NCBI GenBank assembly: GCA_043228905.1
Contig: JBHGNT010000003.1
Location: 21,886,001 to 21,950,000, forward strand
Length of the DNA: 64,000 nt
Reading direction: 5' to 3'
From: Azolla caroliniana
Taxonomy: Eukaryota > Plantae > Polypodiophyta
Below, one piece after another: positions 47,443-60,124 of this stretch. The notes beneath the pieces were generated by a model. The model had not been told where the DNA came from. It ran no database searches and saw only the letters and a list, made by a program, of their open reading frames with translations. A program made the translations under genes and the position numbers. Every line of letters begins with the position of its first letter. Within the stretch, counting starts at the first letter, position 1.

Positions 47443-48108
47443 AAATGCCTTTGAAATTCTTCTTTCAACTCTATGCATTCAGAGTTTGGAAAGCTCAGTA
47501 GAAATTCTTCTAGATTGTGGAAAATGTATTAAGAACATTTTTAGAAATTCTTCTTTCAACTCCATGTACATGTACGGAGTTTGGAAAAACTCAGCAGAAA
47601 GAAATACAAATCAAGAACAAAATGCCCTTATAAAATTGGGACTTAGGTGATTGCTTTTAAGATTTAGTTCACACCTCATTTTCAAGTAAATTCTAATATG
47701 TTTTTGGTCAAATGTTTGGTCTTACAATCTATACACCCAAAGCCTTCTCTTAAAATCTTTATCAGTACACAATTTGGAAAATAAAAACAAATCTTTATGC
47801 ACAACAAATTGATCCTCAAGTGTCCAATCAACTTTTTTGATGGCACAAACTATCTCATAACCAAAGAAAGAATTGCACTGGAGATTGATGAACATAAATT
47901 TTTTTATTAGCTTTAATCAGATACGAAGATTAGTAATAGAAATACAAAAGATTAGGACTAGGGTTTATGCCTTCATAAAAATCGGACTCAGATTTGAACA
48001 TAAATATCACTGCTGTCAAGTTTACTCTACAGTTGCAGATGATTTTCTTTGTTTACATCGACAATGTGCTGAAATAGGCATGGAACGCGCGTAGTCAGAG
48101 AATACACA

Positions 48109-51100
48109 TCAGTAACTGCTCTTCATTTCTGACAATGCCTCTTTTGTAGCTGCTGAAATGACAGCATCAGACGCATTCGGTAGATAATAATATTTTCCTG
48201 GTATAACAAAAAACAACAAACAAATGCAATACGGTCAGTTTCTAAAGGCGGTTTTCTAAAATAAGGAAAATCCATTACTTTATGATTCATGCATGTTGAG
48301 TGAACACTTCAGGATTTTAAATAACCCCACCAAATCAGGTCTAAGGCATCCAAATTATAATTAATATTTCATTATAGATGTGACTGTACAATACTCTAGT
48401 TTGCAAATAAACCAGACCCATGACAAATATGCTAAAAGAGTTTTTCCTTACACATGCACAATCACCATGACATAATATTGGATCGAGGGCAAGAGAGTGG
48501 GCATGAATATCTACAAAAGCATCCCTCAACAACAAATTTTCCTTTCTCTTTGTCTGCCATTTAATGCCATAAGTGGATAAACTCACGCGGTCCAAGGATA
48601 CCCATGCACTTTGCTCTTTTCTTAGCATAGTAATAAATCAATCTAATGTTTGTACACAATTTAACCTATTATTTGGCCATTACCTTGCGCAACTCTTGCA
48701 ATTTCTTTCGCAAAACCCGTGGAGACAAACTTGTTTTCTGTGTCAATTACTAGCAAAGACATGCCAGCTTTGTAAATCTTTCCAGCCACTTCAAGAATCT
48801 CTTCCTGCAGACATTCAAAAGAGCAGACAAAGATTGGAATCACATATCAACTTCCCAGGAATAATCTGTCTGAATTCCAAAGTCAGGGAGTTTCATTGGA
48901 GCAATTAAAACTTTTATAATTTATAGGCGTTGGAACAACTGAAGTTACTGTCATGTTATTGACTATTGAAGTTGGCCAAAGATAATCATCTTCAGCAACT
49001 TGGAAAAATAACCATTCCTCTCAAACGGATGATTCTATAACCATTCTCACTTTATATCCCAGAACTGTTAATTACAACCACAAATTCTTTGAAACCCGTA
49101 TATCAATGATTCTTCATCATTCAGAATGGAAAATAGAAATTTTCAATCACGTATGTCAATTTCCTTGTTTAGAAGTCTTAGCAGCAGTGAATCACATTAC
49201 AATATATTTCTTGTAGAAAAATATTTTTTATTAATAAACTAAGAAGAAAACTTTTGTACTTAAAATAACCAGGAAAATTATTTTCACCTTCAGCTCAGCC
49301 TGGGAAGGTCGAGGTGCATCCTCAGCCAAAGCTTGTGGATCACCATTTGACTTTTTGATGGAAACATTGGCCCTCCCATCTGTTATAGCCACAATCATAA
49401 TTCTACCCACATCGCCACTTTTCTCCGCATTTAAGCCCACTCGGACAGCCTGATAAGCAAGTTATCTATCATACAAGTATCCTTCCAAGTACATCAATGG
49501 CATGCTTCTAATGAAGAGAGCAAAAATCACATGGATTACTAACTAGCTTAGTAATGACGGGGTTGTATTTTATGAAAACAGAAAATGAAGAGTTCCTCCT
49601 TACATGCCAGTGCCATAAGTCTCAGATAAACCAGGAAAAAGAAACCCTAAATCTGATCCTTTTACAGCATGAGATGCAGAAGATAGCAGATGATTACCAG
49701 TATCAGATTAGAAGTCATATTACACAGTATAGGATGTTACTCTCAAACCCTTCCACATTGACAGAACCTTTCAACTTCAAATTGATCAATCAAGTTTTTA
49801 GATTCCATAACGTATAACTTTTCCACACATCAACGACCTGAACAAACAGACATTAACTTTGAAAGCAACTTCTATGCCAAAATAATCTGTAACTGGTTGT
49901 GCTCGATGGAGATGGAAGGTCCTGTAAAGATTAGTCTCCTTTAAAATAAGTTTTGAAGCTCTAGTAGTCAGTAACGCCTTGTTTACCATCATGTGGTCAG
50001 TTTTAATGCAAATCCATAAATCAAGGAAAAACCCCATCAAACAGAGAGAGAGAGAGAGAGGGAGGGAGGGAGAGGGAGGGAGGGAGAGAGAGAATGAGAG
50101 AGAGAGAGGGAGAGAGGGAGAGACGCAGGAGCCATTCACCAATGTCAAGAAGCAGGAGGGAGGAGGTTGGCGTGCAGACTTAAAGTCTTGACATGTGTTG
50201 TACAGAATAGCCAAATATCCTTGGAGTTTCAGTTAAAGCAACCAAGATATATGTTGTTTATTTTAATGCATGGCTGCTTATTTCACCATCCTAGAGCACC
50301 TATGGAACACTCCAATTCTCTCACACATAAGTTAACATGATTTCTCTATTGAAGACATTAATGTATCATTTCATTTCACTTTATTTTCTAAATCTCCTGT
50401 GCGAAAAACCACCAATTCACATGATTGAACTGCTACTGGTTCTAAACAATGGCACTCTTATCAGTTACATTGTAGTACTAAAGGAAAAATCTCAATATGA
50501 GATGTCATTCCACAGATTGAGACTCTTTGCCAAAGTGGGAAACATAGTAGTATGAATTCCATGGCATTCCAGAAACCTCCTATGTGTATTGATATGATGT
50601 TGCAAATTGTGTCTCTTTTCTATTTATCCTCTTTCCGTGTCAAGGTTTCAATTTGTATCCTATTCATCCTCCTAAGACAGGGAAATAGTTCATATCCTAA
50701 CTATGGATCATCCTTGTTTGTTAGCATAATTCTCTCAATGAATCTAATTGTAGTAGTACTGCACAAAACAAATTTGCAGGGGGAAAGAGAAGCAAGGACC
50801 ATGCTTAACCCATGTGCCAAGGGCGATCCACCTCCACAGGGCAACCTTTCCAGCCTATTCCTGGCCATAGCAATAGACCTTGACGGTGGCAGAAGAACTT
50901 CTGCAGCATCACCTCGGAAGGGAATGATTGAAACCTATTTAAACAGAAGAAAGTTTGATTAAGACAGTTCTAGGGAGAATCGTCAATAAAATCCTACGAG
51001 TAGAGAACCAGAACCTGATCTCTACTTGTGTAGCTTTCTGCAAGAAGTTGCATGGCTGCACCTTTGGCATTTTTCATTCGATTTAATGCCATACTGCCAC

Positions 51101-54100
51101 TTGCATCCACAACAAATATCACCTGAAACCAAAGCATATCAACAGATGATGAAATATGTACACCTTGTAAACAGAACTATATTTGTCACATCCATTGGCA
51201 ACATGGAGATTACCAGGGCACCTGCTTTCCTTGCCATTCTTTTAGCTCGCATATCTGATTGTTCTACATATACTTTCCTTCCTTGTCCCTTCTCTTCAGC
51301 GCGTTCTCGCCGCAGCTTCTGATAAGGAGCTGCTGCTCTCATAGTGGCATCAACAGCTAGTCTTCTCACGGGACCCTAATAGTACAATCATAATCTAAAC
51401 TCTTAGGATTCTTACATTTCCATTGAAGCAGCACAAATCAAGCCTTTAATTATCTAGGTATTGGCAAAATAATCATACTTCTTATAAACATCCTTTATCC
51501 AAAGATTACTGCGCTTGGATGGCTACATTGGTTGTTACTTAATAGTCAACAGAATGCAAAAATTCTCAAATTTGTAATGAAAGCAGAAACGTTTGTTATG
51601 CATATCAATAAGTTACTTATTTGCAGGTTGCTAAACGTTACAGCAAATGCATAATTGGCAACAAAAGGAAGTATCTTACCTTTGGTAGCATAGGTTTAAT
51701 ATATCGCCCTCTATCTTCAGAAAATATCACATTCTTAGCTCGACCTGCTTTTCCCTTCCGTCTTTGAGCTTGTTGAGCAAAGAAAAGAAGCTGTGGATCT
51801 ACCATCCCACCTTCAGCATCGAAAATAAACTCTTCTGGTACTTCTTGATCTTGTTCTTCATCTTTCTCGTCATCATCATCCTCCTAGAAGGAAATGAAAC
51901 CCAACTTTAAAAAATCCTCAACTTAATAACAAATTAACTGGCATTAGTTTACCTCTTCCTCTTCATCCTCTTCCTCCTGATCATTCTGATCCTGATTCTG
52001 GGGTGGAGGTGGAGGCGGTGGTGGTTGATTTTGCTGCTGGTCCGGGGGTAAATCCTGTGGAATAGATCGAGGCAAGATAACTAATTCCACCTGCAGTGCA
52101 ATTTGCTCAACATAAGATATATATGGCTACCTCTCTAAATAAAGAAATCTGTGTATTACTCCAAACAAAATCCATCATTCATCAACTATTATTTACCATG
52201 CTCTCTCGACAAATAAGAAAATTGGAATATAAATACTCACAGCTTTCTTTAAATCATCGACACCAACTTTATCACGACCCTCTAAAGCTGCCAAGGCCTT
52301 TGCAACTCGTACAGCATATAGCTCCGCTCTATGACCCTGAACAAAATGACCTAGTTATTTGTAACTCTTCTTCCTGAGAAATAAGGTCTCTCACTCCTTT
52401 TGCATCTTGTAAGTCATTTTGGCCTTTTGAATACATTAATACCGCATTTCATTTCATCTCCAGTAGTACTACCAGCCTCATGCTGACCTTAGCAGACATA
52501 TTACCACATATTTGTTTAGTTACTATAGGCACAATATCTTCTCTTTATCCTTGGTAAGACATAGTATCGGATCTTGCCAGGATGCAATTTTCTTTGGTCC
52601 ATAGGTCATTTTTCTTTTTTGAAGACGTTAATATAATATATCATTTCTCGTGTCTCTGAAGACCACTTACTCAAGCTTTGATACCACAAGTGCAATATGT
52701 ATCAACCAACCTGAACCAAGCAATAGAGTATCAAACTAGCAGAGAGGCGGACAGCTCAAGTGATGATGGTAGATCTATCACTAGAAAATGAAGTGTTGCA
52801 AAAACATTGATTACCCTACTCCTGCAACCCACCCCATTAAACAAATTTACATTTGCGTAGTTCTTCGGCAACATCACACTTTTACCTTGGCTTTTTATTG
52901 TTTAATCTTACCAATGGTACAGATTGATGTAAATGACTGTACAACCCTTTAGAAAGGATGGAACGCATGTGACAATTGGTATATTAATTTGAACATAATT
53001 GGCAGTGTAAAATTATTCAAATAGAAAAAGAGGTGCACTTTGTCTAGCTCTTACCGTTGCAATTAGAAAGACACAGGTTCCACACATAAGCCTATACGCA
53101 TGTGACAATTGGTATATTAATTTGAACATATTGGGCACAGTGTAAATATTATTCAAATAGAAAAAGAGGTGCACTTTGTCTAGCTCTTACCATTGCAATT
53201 AGAAAGACACAGGTTCCACACATAAGCTTATACGGCAGTAAAGTCTTCACATAATGCATTTTGTTGCATTTATTCCAACCTCTTAAACAAATACCAGTCC
53301 TAAATGAAGGGTAACATGATTTAAAATTTGGTATAAGTTAGAATATCTCCTGTTACATCAGCCATGAAAATCTCTGTAAACATGGCCACACCTATGCTAT
53401 AATATTGAAAAGACTAATAGGAAATGATTATCATGAGCTACAATCTTTATGGCTTACAAACCAAGCAGCCTCATGAGAAGACAAATGCATTATCATTGTC
53501 CACCTAGCTCTTAACTCTTTATAATAAACCCTGATAATATATTGATGCTTAGATAATGAATTACTTAAATAGACCATTTTGTGGAAATAGAGTACCTGGC
53601 AAGCACCACGGACAGCCTCAGTAACAAGGTATTTCAACTGCTCTCGGCTAATTTGGACATCCTTCAACCATTCTCGAGCAAGTAAAACCTGTCAACCACA
53701 CATATTTGGATATGTTGATACAATGTGTAGCACAAATATCTTGAAGAAAAATGAATATACATTCATTGTTCATAATTTTTTATCCAAATAAGTGTGATGA
53801 AAATGAAAACCTGCAGTTTTGCAGCGTCAGTGGCTTCTGAAGTCTGCTTAAGAATAGATGGTGCATTATCCTGGAATTGGGTAGCAATACCAACGGCTGC
53901 CACACGATCTTCAAATCCTAATTCACCATCTGCACTGCATCATAAGGTTCAGTGTATACATCAAACTTATGTTTGAATTATACATAATAATAGCAACACA
54001 TAAATTACTTTATGGAACAGCTCCAAAATAATGCTGAGTTTTCTTTATTTCCCCAAATGCTCTTGAGTTTCCATTTTTTTCCTCAAACACCCTTGGTCAA

Positions 54101-57100
54101 GCCCCAAGAGAAAGAAAAATGGAATGATTTGACTATTTAATTCCTCAAATAACAGATATAATTTTGAGAAACATGGGATGAATCAAATAGCACCATATAA
54201 TTGCTCTTTGAGAAGTTGACTGAGGGCATTTGGGGAAATTTAGGAGAACAAAAATAACTCGATCATATTTCAGAGTTTTTCACATTATTTTATAGATGAA
54301 TCAAAGAGAAAGCTACAAATGAATTTTGGTACCTCAAATTGATTGCTATTCGATCAAGAAGATGCTCACGGACAGAACCTTCCTCAGGGTTATAGGTGGC
54401 AATAAGAAGTGGCTTGCATGGGTGTCTAAAGCTTATGCCCTCTCGCTCCACCACATTTACTCCTTCCGTAAGAACATTCAGAAGCAAATTACTTATACCT
54501 TCATCAAGAAGGTTTATTTCATCTACATAAAGTACACCTCTATGAGCTTCTGCAAGAAGCCCAGGCTGAAATACAGTAGTTCCTGTTCTCACCGACTCCT
54601 CAACATCAACAGAACCCAGCAATCTATCCTCTGTTATTCCTAATGGAATCTAACAAGCCAGTCACATAAATCAAAACCAAGAACTATGAATTCCTCCCAC
54701 TAAGAGAGAAGAAAACAAAAGCAATCCAAAACAATTGAGCTCAAATAATGATTATTCAACCTGGATAAATGGTGCTCGAATTATCTCTGTTTTCAATGTA
54801 CCATCTGCATTATACTGCACATTATCAGCAAGGCCAGCTTCCCATCTGCATCATTTGAGATCATGATTGGATGTACAAAGCATAGTGAAATCCATCAACT
54901 CATAAAAGTTTATGTTATGAACCTTTACAATTACATTCAAGAAAAATTAGCACGAGGATGAGTTTTTTTTCCGCGGGGGAGGAGGGGAGACTACGTTACA
55001 ACTGCATCCATTAGGTTGAGAGTCTCTGTAAAAGGAAATCAGGAAGGTCCTCCTAATACGTGTTAAGTTAGACACGCCATGATGCTAAGCTACGCTGATT
55101 TAGGTTGCATGAACAGTTAACAAGTGAATATATAATGCAGGCAAACATCCCATGATGCTAAGTCACGTTGATTTAGGTTGCAAAAACAGTTAATAAATGC
55201 ACAATTAATTCAGACAAACAACCCATGATACTAATCCACATGGAGTTAGGTTGCACAAACAGTTAAACAATGCTCAGATAATGCACGAAAACATCCAATG
55301 ATGCTAAGCCACATTGATTTATGGTGCACAAACAGTTCACCAATGCATAGATAATTCAGGCAACCTGTCAATCAGCATTTTTAATCATTCTCGTCTGCAT
55401 CCTTTATACATAAATAGGACGAAAACTTTCCCACCCCACCTATAAAAAAGAATCCTTGTGAAGTTGGGCATCACATATCATCAATCCACATTGATTAAGC
55501 CACATATACAGTCAATAGTTAATTAATGTATGAATACCACAGGCAGCCTATAAATCATCCTTTGTGATCATTATAGGCAGATCAAAGTGGCAAAAATGAG
55601 TTGGGAGAGTACCATATATACTTCTATAGCAGCAGAATACTTTGAGCTTCCAGATTAAAGACTGGTAGAGAGAAACAGAGTGAATGAGTGAATGGTAGAG
55701 AGAAACAGAGTGCGCTACAGAGAGTGGTCTATTAACAAATTAAAAGCTAAAGTTTGGGTATGTTCTCGATCTGTTCGTCATTTAATATTTTGGATCAAAA
55801 GAGTTACCATAGGGTGGCTTATGACTCCTATAATCAAAGTCACAAGCCTCAAACATGTGGAGAGATACATAATAGGTTATCAGGTTCTTGAGACCCAATA
55901 TACTTTCTCCCGAGATGCATGATTGATTGGAAATGCTTGAATGATGCAAACTGTTTGATAGAAAAAATATGCCCTAGAATCAGGTTTACCAGTTAATATT
56001 GCTTTGAGAATTCAGCTGTTCGCTTTTTTCTATGTATGAATATGGCCACACTGAAACCCTAGGTCTTATCTACACAGAGTGCAAACTATGTCTGATCATT
56101 GGGCATATATTTCTAGCCTTAGTTTGACTCCTAATGCAAAATTGATGCACTGTTATGTGTATGCTTACAATGGGGTCTAGAATTAATTTGATTCATAATG
56201 CACAATAGATGCATTCTCATGTGTATGCTTACAAACAGGATCACCAATGTGTGAATGAGCCTATAAAGGGAAAAGAATAACTTTCTTTTAATGCTCTGAA
56301 TGTGCATTCAAGGGACCAAGAAACTGACTCATCAGGGCAAGTGGGATCAGCATTGGCAATCGACCCGGCAACAACTTCTATCGGTGGGATCAGTGCATGC
56401 ATCCCCCTAGCCATCACAGTCTTAGCTGTACCCCTCTCTCCTGCTATAGCTATGCCCCCAATTGCATTGTCCACAGCACCAAGTAAGAGAGCAGTTTTAA
56501 TGGCATCCTGCAGAGATCAAAACACTTAACACAAACCACTCCAAGATCTCAACTATTTATAATACGTTCAAGAAAAACAGCTCTACAACCTATTTTCATT
56601 TAGCTGCAAAAGAAAGGGAAAATTACCAACATAGCACTATTACTTGCGGAAATTCCCAAAAACCCATCCAATTTTGAAGATGAAAATGCCATAGAAGCAT
56701 GCAATGATGAAACCAAAAAGAAAATGACTAATCACTTCCATCCACACACTAATAGCTTTCCATCAAGTGAGAATTACCACTATTCAAACATGAATCAGCC
56801 CCAACTATTTTATAATCACTATATAGTGTGAATCAGATCTATGTTTTAAACCATGGCATTTCAGATATTGTGTGACCATTTTTTAGGAATTTCCTCAAAC
56901 ATTAATTGTTATATCCAGAGTCTTTCATTTAGTTGCAAAGAGAAACTAAAACCACTCCGTTTTTAAGTACAATAAAGCCATCCCATTTTGCATGAAATTA
57001 CCAGATCCATCCCATTTGGAAGAAAATCAAAACCATTTTGCTTTCATGAGCTGTAAGAAAAGTAAAGCTATACCATTTTTAAGAATAAGAAAAACCAGCC

Positions 57101-57668
57101 CACTTTTATTTAATTGCAATTAAAAACAAAAACAACCCCATTTTTATTTAATCGTCCAATTTTTAAGAGAATCCAGAACCATCCCTATTTTCACTTTAGT
57201 TGCAAGAAAATGAAAACCATCAGGAAAAGAAAAACTGGCACATTTTCATGCAACGACGGGATGGAAATAAGCCACTTTCTGTGCATTTAATAAGAGAAAT
57301 ACATTTTCTTTACATGAAAGTATAAACAAAGCCCAGTCATTTAACCCCCCCACTTTTATTTTAGTTTCCAAAGAAATGCAAAAGGAGAAGGGGCAAAAGA
57401 AGCAGCTAACCTGTCCAATTACAGCTGCGAGAGGGAAATACTGACGCCCATACGGTTGGTCTTCGATGCTTCTGCGAGAGGAGGAAGTAGCAGCACCATT
57501 GGAAGAAGACGGAATGGTTTGAGCTACAGATGCTGCTGTTTGGAAAGTACAGCGGAGACGAGGAGAGAGAGCGGTTAGGTACGGAACCGGTTTGGGGAGA
57601 GAGACGCCCAGAAACGGGGAAACCAGGCCATGGCGATGGGTGAGGCTCTGATGAGGGAGAGCTACCAT
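48109..57668 (-). CDS. CHLD: Magnesium chelatase subunit D, plastid-targeted; 15 exons
   Basis: Exons 57668-57411, 56507-56329, 54845-54761, 54649-54333, 53934-53811, 53688-53596, 52336-52241, 52090-51953, 51883-51680, 51375-51214, 51122-51015, 50934-50800, 49449-49288, 48804-48684 and 48197-48109, all GT-AG. Motifs: [32 protein letters not shown], Pro/acidic linker, vWA DASGSM and ITDGRAN. Confidence 0.96.
52964..53232. repeat. About 132-bp direct duplication in CHLD intron 6
   Basis: CGCATGTGACAATTGG...CACACATAAGC occurs twice in tandem. Confidence 0.9.
55075..55350. repeat. Degenerate 70-75-bp tandem repeat in CHLD intron 2
   Basis: CATGATGCTAAG..GATTTAGGTTGCA..AACAGTTA recurs about 4 times. 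Confidence 0.75.
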
Positions 57669-58142
57669 GCCTTCTCTTCTCTTCCCTCTTCTTTTTCTTC
57701 TTCTGCTTCTTCTTCTTCTTTGCTAGAAGGTTCTGATAAGGCAGTTCAACTGAGACTGAAGTTTAAGCTAAATGATGATGGCTATGGGATCAAAAACATG
57801 AATATGTAAATAAGTGGATAACATCATATTGATTCTTTTATTTTTATTTTATTTTTCTATTTATTTCTTTTATTTTTTATACTTATTTACTATCTACCTG
57901 GTACCATATGTACATACATATGTCCATATTTGGAAGAAATGGCACCCACTTCCCCATATGTGTCGATATGCCACTCTAATTGTGCATCATAACGAATATA
58001 TTGTCCAATCTAAACCACAAGAATAGGTATCTCCCCACCTGAAACCCCTCCAAAGAAGAACATGTGAAATATAGGTATCTATCTATATACATTATCTTAT
58101 TGTTCGTAGAAAGAGAAAGAGAACGACAAAGGCTGCCCAAAT

Positions 58143-58951
58143 GGATGTAGCTCAGTTGGTAAGGTTGCCCAATGAAGAGTAGGTGGTCATGGGTTCAACC
58201 CTTTGTATTCCATAGTGGCATCTACTGAAATAAGAGATATATATAGTGTAATAGAGAGGTGAGAACATTTGGTTTTGAACCTAAGATGTTGTGTTAGTAG
58301 TGTAAACCACTTACATTGGGGTAAGCTAATTATGATAAATAAAAAGAAGGTTATGGTAAATGGTATTCTCGTTTCGGATATTGAACATTTTTTAGCATCT
58401 AGTGCACGTTAGTAGCCTGACAATGGTGCACACTTATTCTCACGCGTCTCACCAACAAGAGGGTTTGACCATGAGACGATCCAGCACACCAAGGTTGCGG
58501 TGGTTCTCACGAAGATTGCCTATGTAAGATGTAGGATTTGACATTGTATTGAAATGCATGTAATCATATCAATTGTAAATAAATGATGGAGTCATAAATG
58601 GGTTCTTTGGTCTCAGCATTAGAGCTAAAGTTAATGCCTGTATCTCTTTTATCTTAATTAGCTTACCCTAATTTATAAGTTGTTGCACTACTAGGTCTAG
58701 GGTTTGAAACTTAATTTTCTCATTTATCTATTACTTCATATATATCTCTTTATTCACTAAATGCCACTATGGAGTGTAGGGGTAGGTTTTACACTACTAA
58801 CACTAGGTCTTGGGTTCGAGAACGATTTTTCTCATTTCTCTATTTACTTCATACATATATCTTATTTCACTACATGCCATTTGTGGAATGTGGGGGTTGA
58901 ATACATGACCTCTTGGTTTCTATTGGGCAACTTACCAATTGAGCTACATCC
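58143..58951. mobile_element. Inverted pair of tRNA-headed SINE-like repeats (58143-about 58340 on +, about 58645-58951 on -)
   Basis: Both begin GGATGTAGCTCARTTGGTAAG (A box), have a B-box-like RKRTTCAACCC, and share downstream sequence to GGGTAAGCTAATTA. Confidence 0.7.
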
Positions 58952-59504
58952 TTTAAGTTCTCTCTCATTAATTACTTTCATGAAGTTCAATTTTTTGAAC
59001 CCAACAATTGTAATTAGCTGAACGCCCTCGTAATCTCTTTGCAAATCATACGTGTTGGTAAAATCCTAGTTTTATAGCTCTCTTTGCGTGTGTTCAAGTG
59101 CGGCAAAGTATCTATTGTTTATAGTTAAGTGTTAATCATACGACCGTGATTTAAGTAGCGCACAAAGATTGGAGTTTCTATAGCACGCACGAGTGCACAT
59201 GAGTAGCTCAAGGGTGGTTGACACCCACTCTTGCCCATCTTGCCAACAAAGAGTGCATACAAATGATACAATGTTGCATACTAACATTTTGTGATGGTTC
59301 TCACGAAGAACACATAAGTAAGACATAAGATTTAGTGAAGTGCCAAATGACACTACGCATGAATATACTCATGGGAAGGCCAAATAGTGTGTTGTTATGA
59401 TTACTTGATAAAGGGAGACATGGTGATCTGTTAGTTTGTGTTTTGAGAGGGAGGGTATCCTCAACTCTCCTCCGCCTCCAGACTCCTCGTGGCAACAAAG
59501 ACAA

Positions 59505-59670
59505 AAAAGGGAGGAGGGGTATTCCGAGTAAATTTCAAAAACCCTTCCTTACGAGAACATGAACTGAAAAGGGAGGAGGGGTATCTCTTGTAAATTCCTA
59601 AGAACCCTTCATCGTAACTGGAACACACAGAAAAGGGAGGAGGGGTATTTCTGGTAAATTTCAAAAACCT
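59505..59670. repeat. About 63-bp tandem repeat (3 copies) upstream of the U2AF65-like gene
   Basis: AAAAGGGAGGAGGGGTAT..GTAAATTTCAAAAACC recurs. Confidence 0.8.
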
Positions 59671-60124
59671 CTTCCTCCTCAGACTGACACAGGCAAAAAA
59701 CTGTCTCTCTGCCGGGATTCAAACTCAGAGGGCTTCTCTGAGGATTAGGTTAAAACTTTGCCGCCGCCGCCGCCGCCGCCGCGTCTTCTTCTTCATCAAT
59801 TTGTCGTGGTTACAGTAGGTTTTTGAACTGAAGATTAGCTTCCCTCGGAAACCCTGTTCGATTCTTAGTTAAGCTCAATATGGACCAGGGTCAGGGTCAG
59901 GATATGGGCTAAGAAGAGGAAACCCAAGCAGAAGGAAGGAAGAAAGAAAATTTACATCTTGATTTTTCATGGATCTTTAGCAGAAGAACCTAGTAGCAAA
60001 AGAAGAAGCAGAAGGAAGCGAGGGGGAAGAAGAAGAACAAGGAAGAAGGAGAAGCAAAAAAAGTAGAAAAAAATAAAAATAAAGCAGACATCTTGAGACA
60101 ATCCGCGTCAGATCTTCAATCAGA

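Noticed and set aside
54025-54290. Degenerate inverted repeat in CHLD intron 4
   Set aside because: Only a short arm match (TTCCCCAAATGC/GCATTTGGGGAA) and no clear TSD; possibly an old MITE
58143-58215. Functional tRNA gene
   Set aside because: A and B boxes are present but there is no acceptor or anticodon stem pairing; SINE-like
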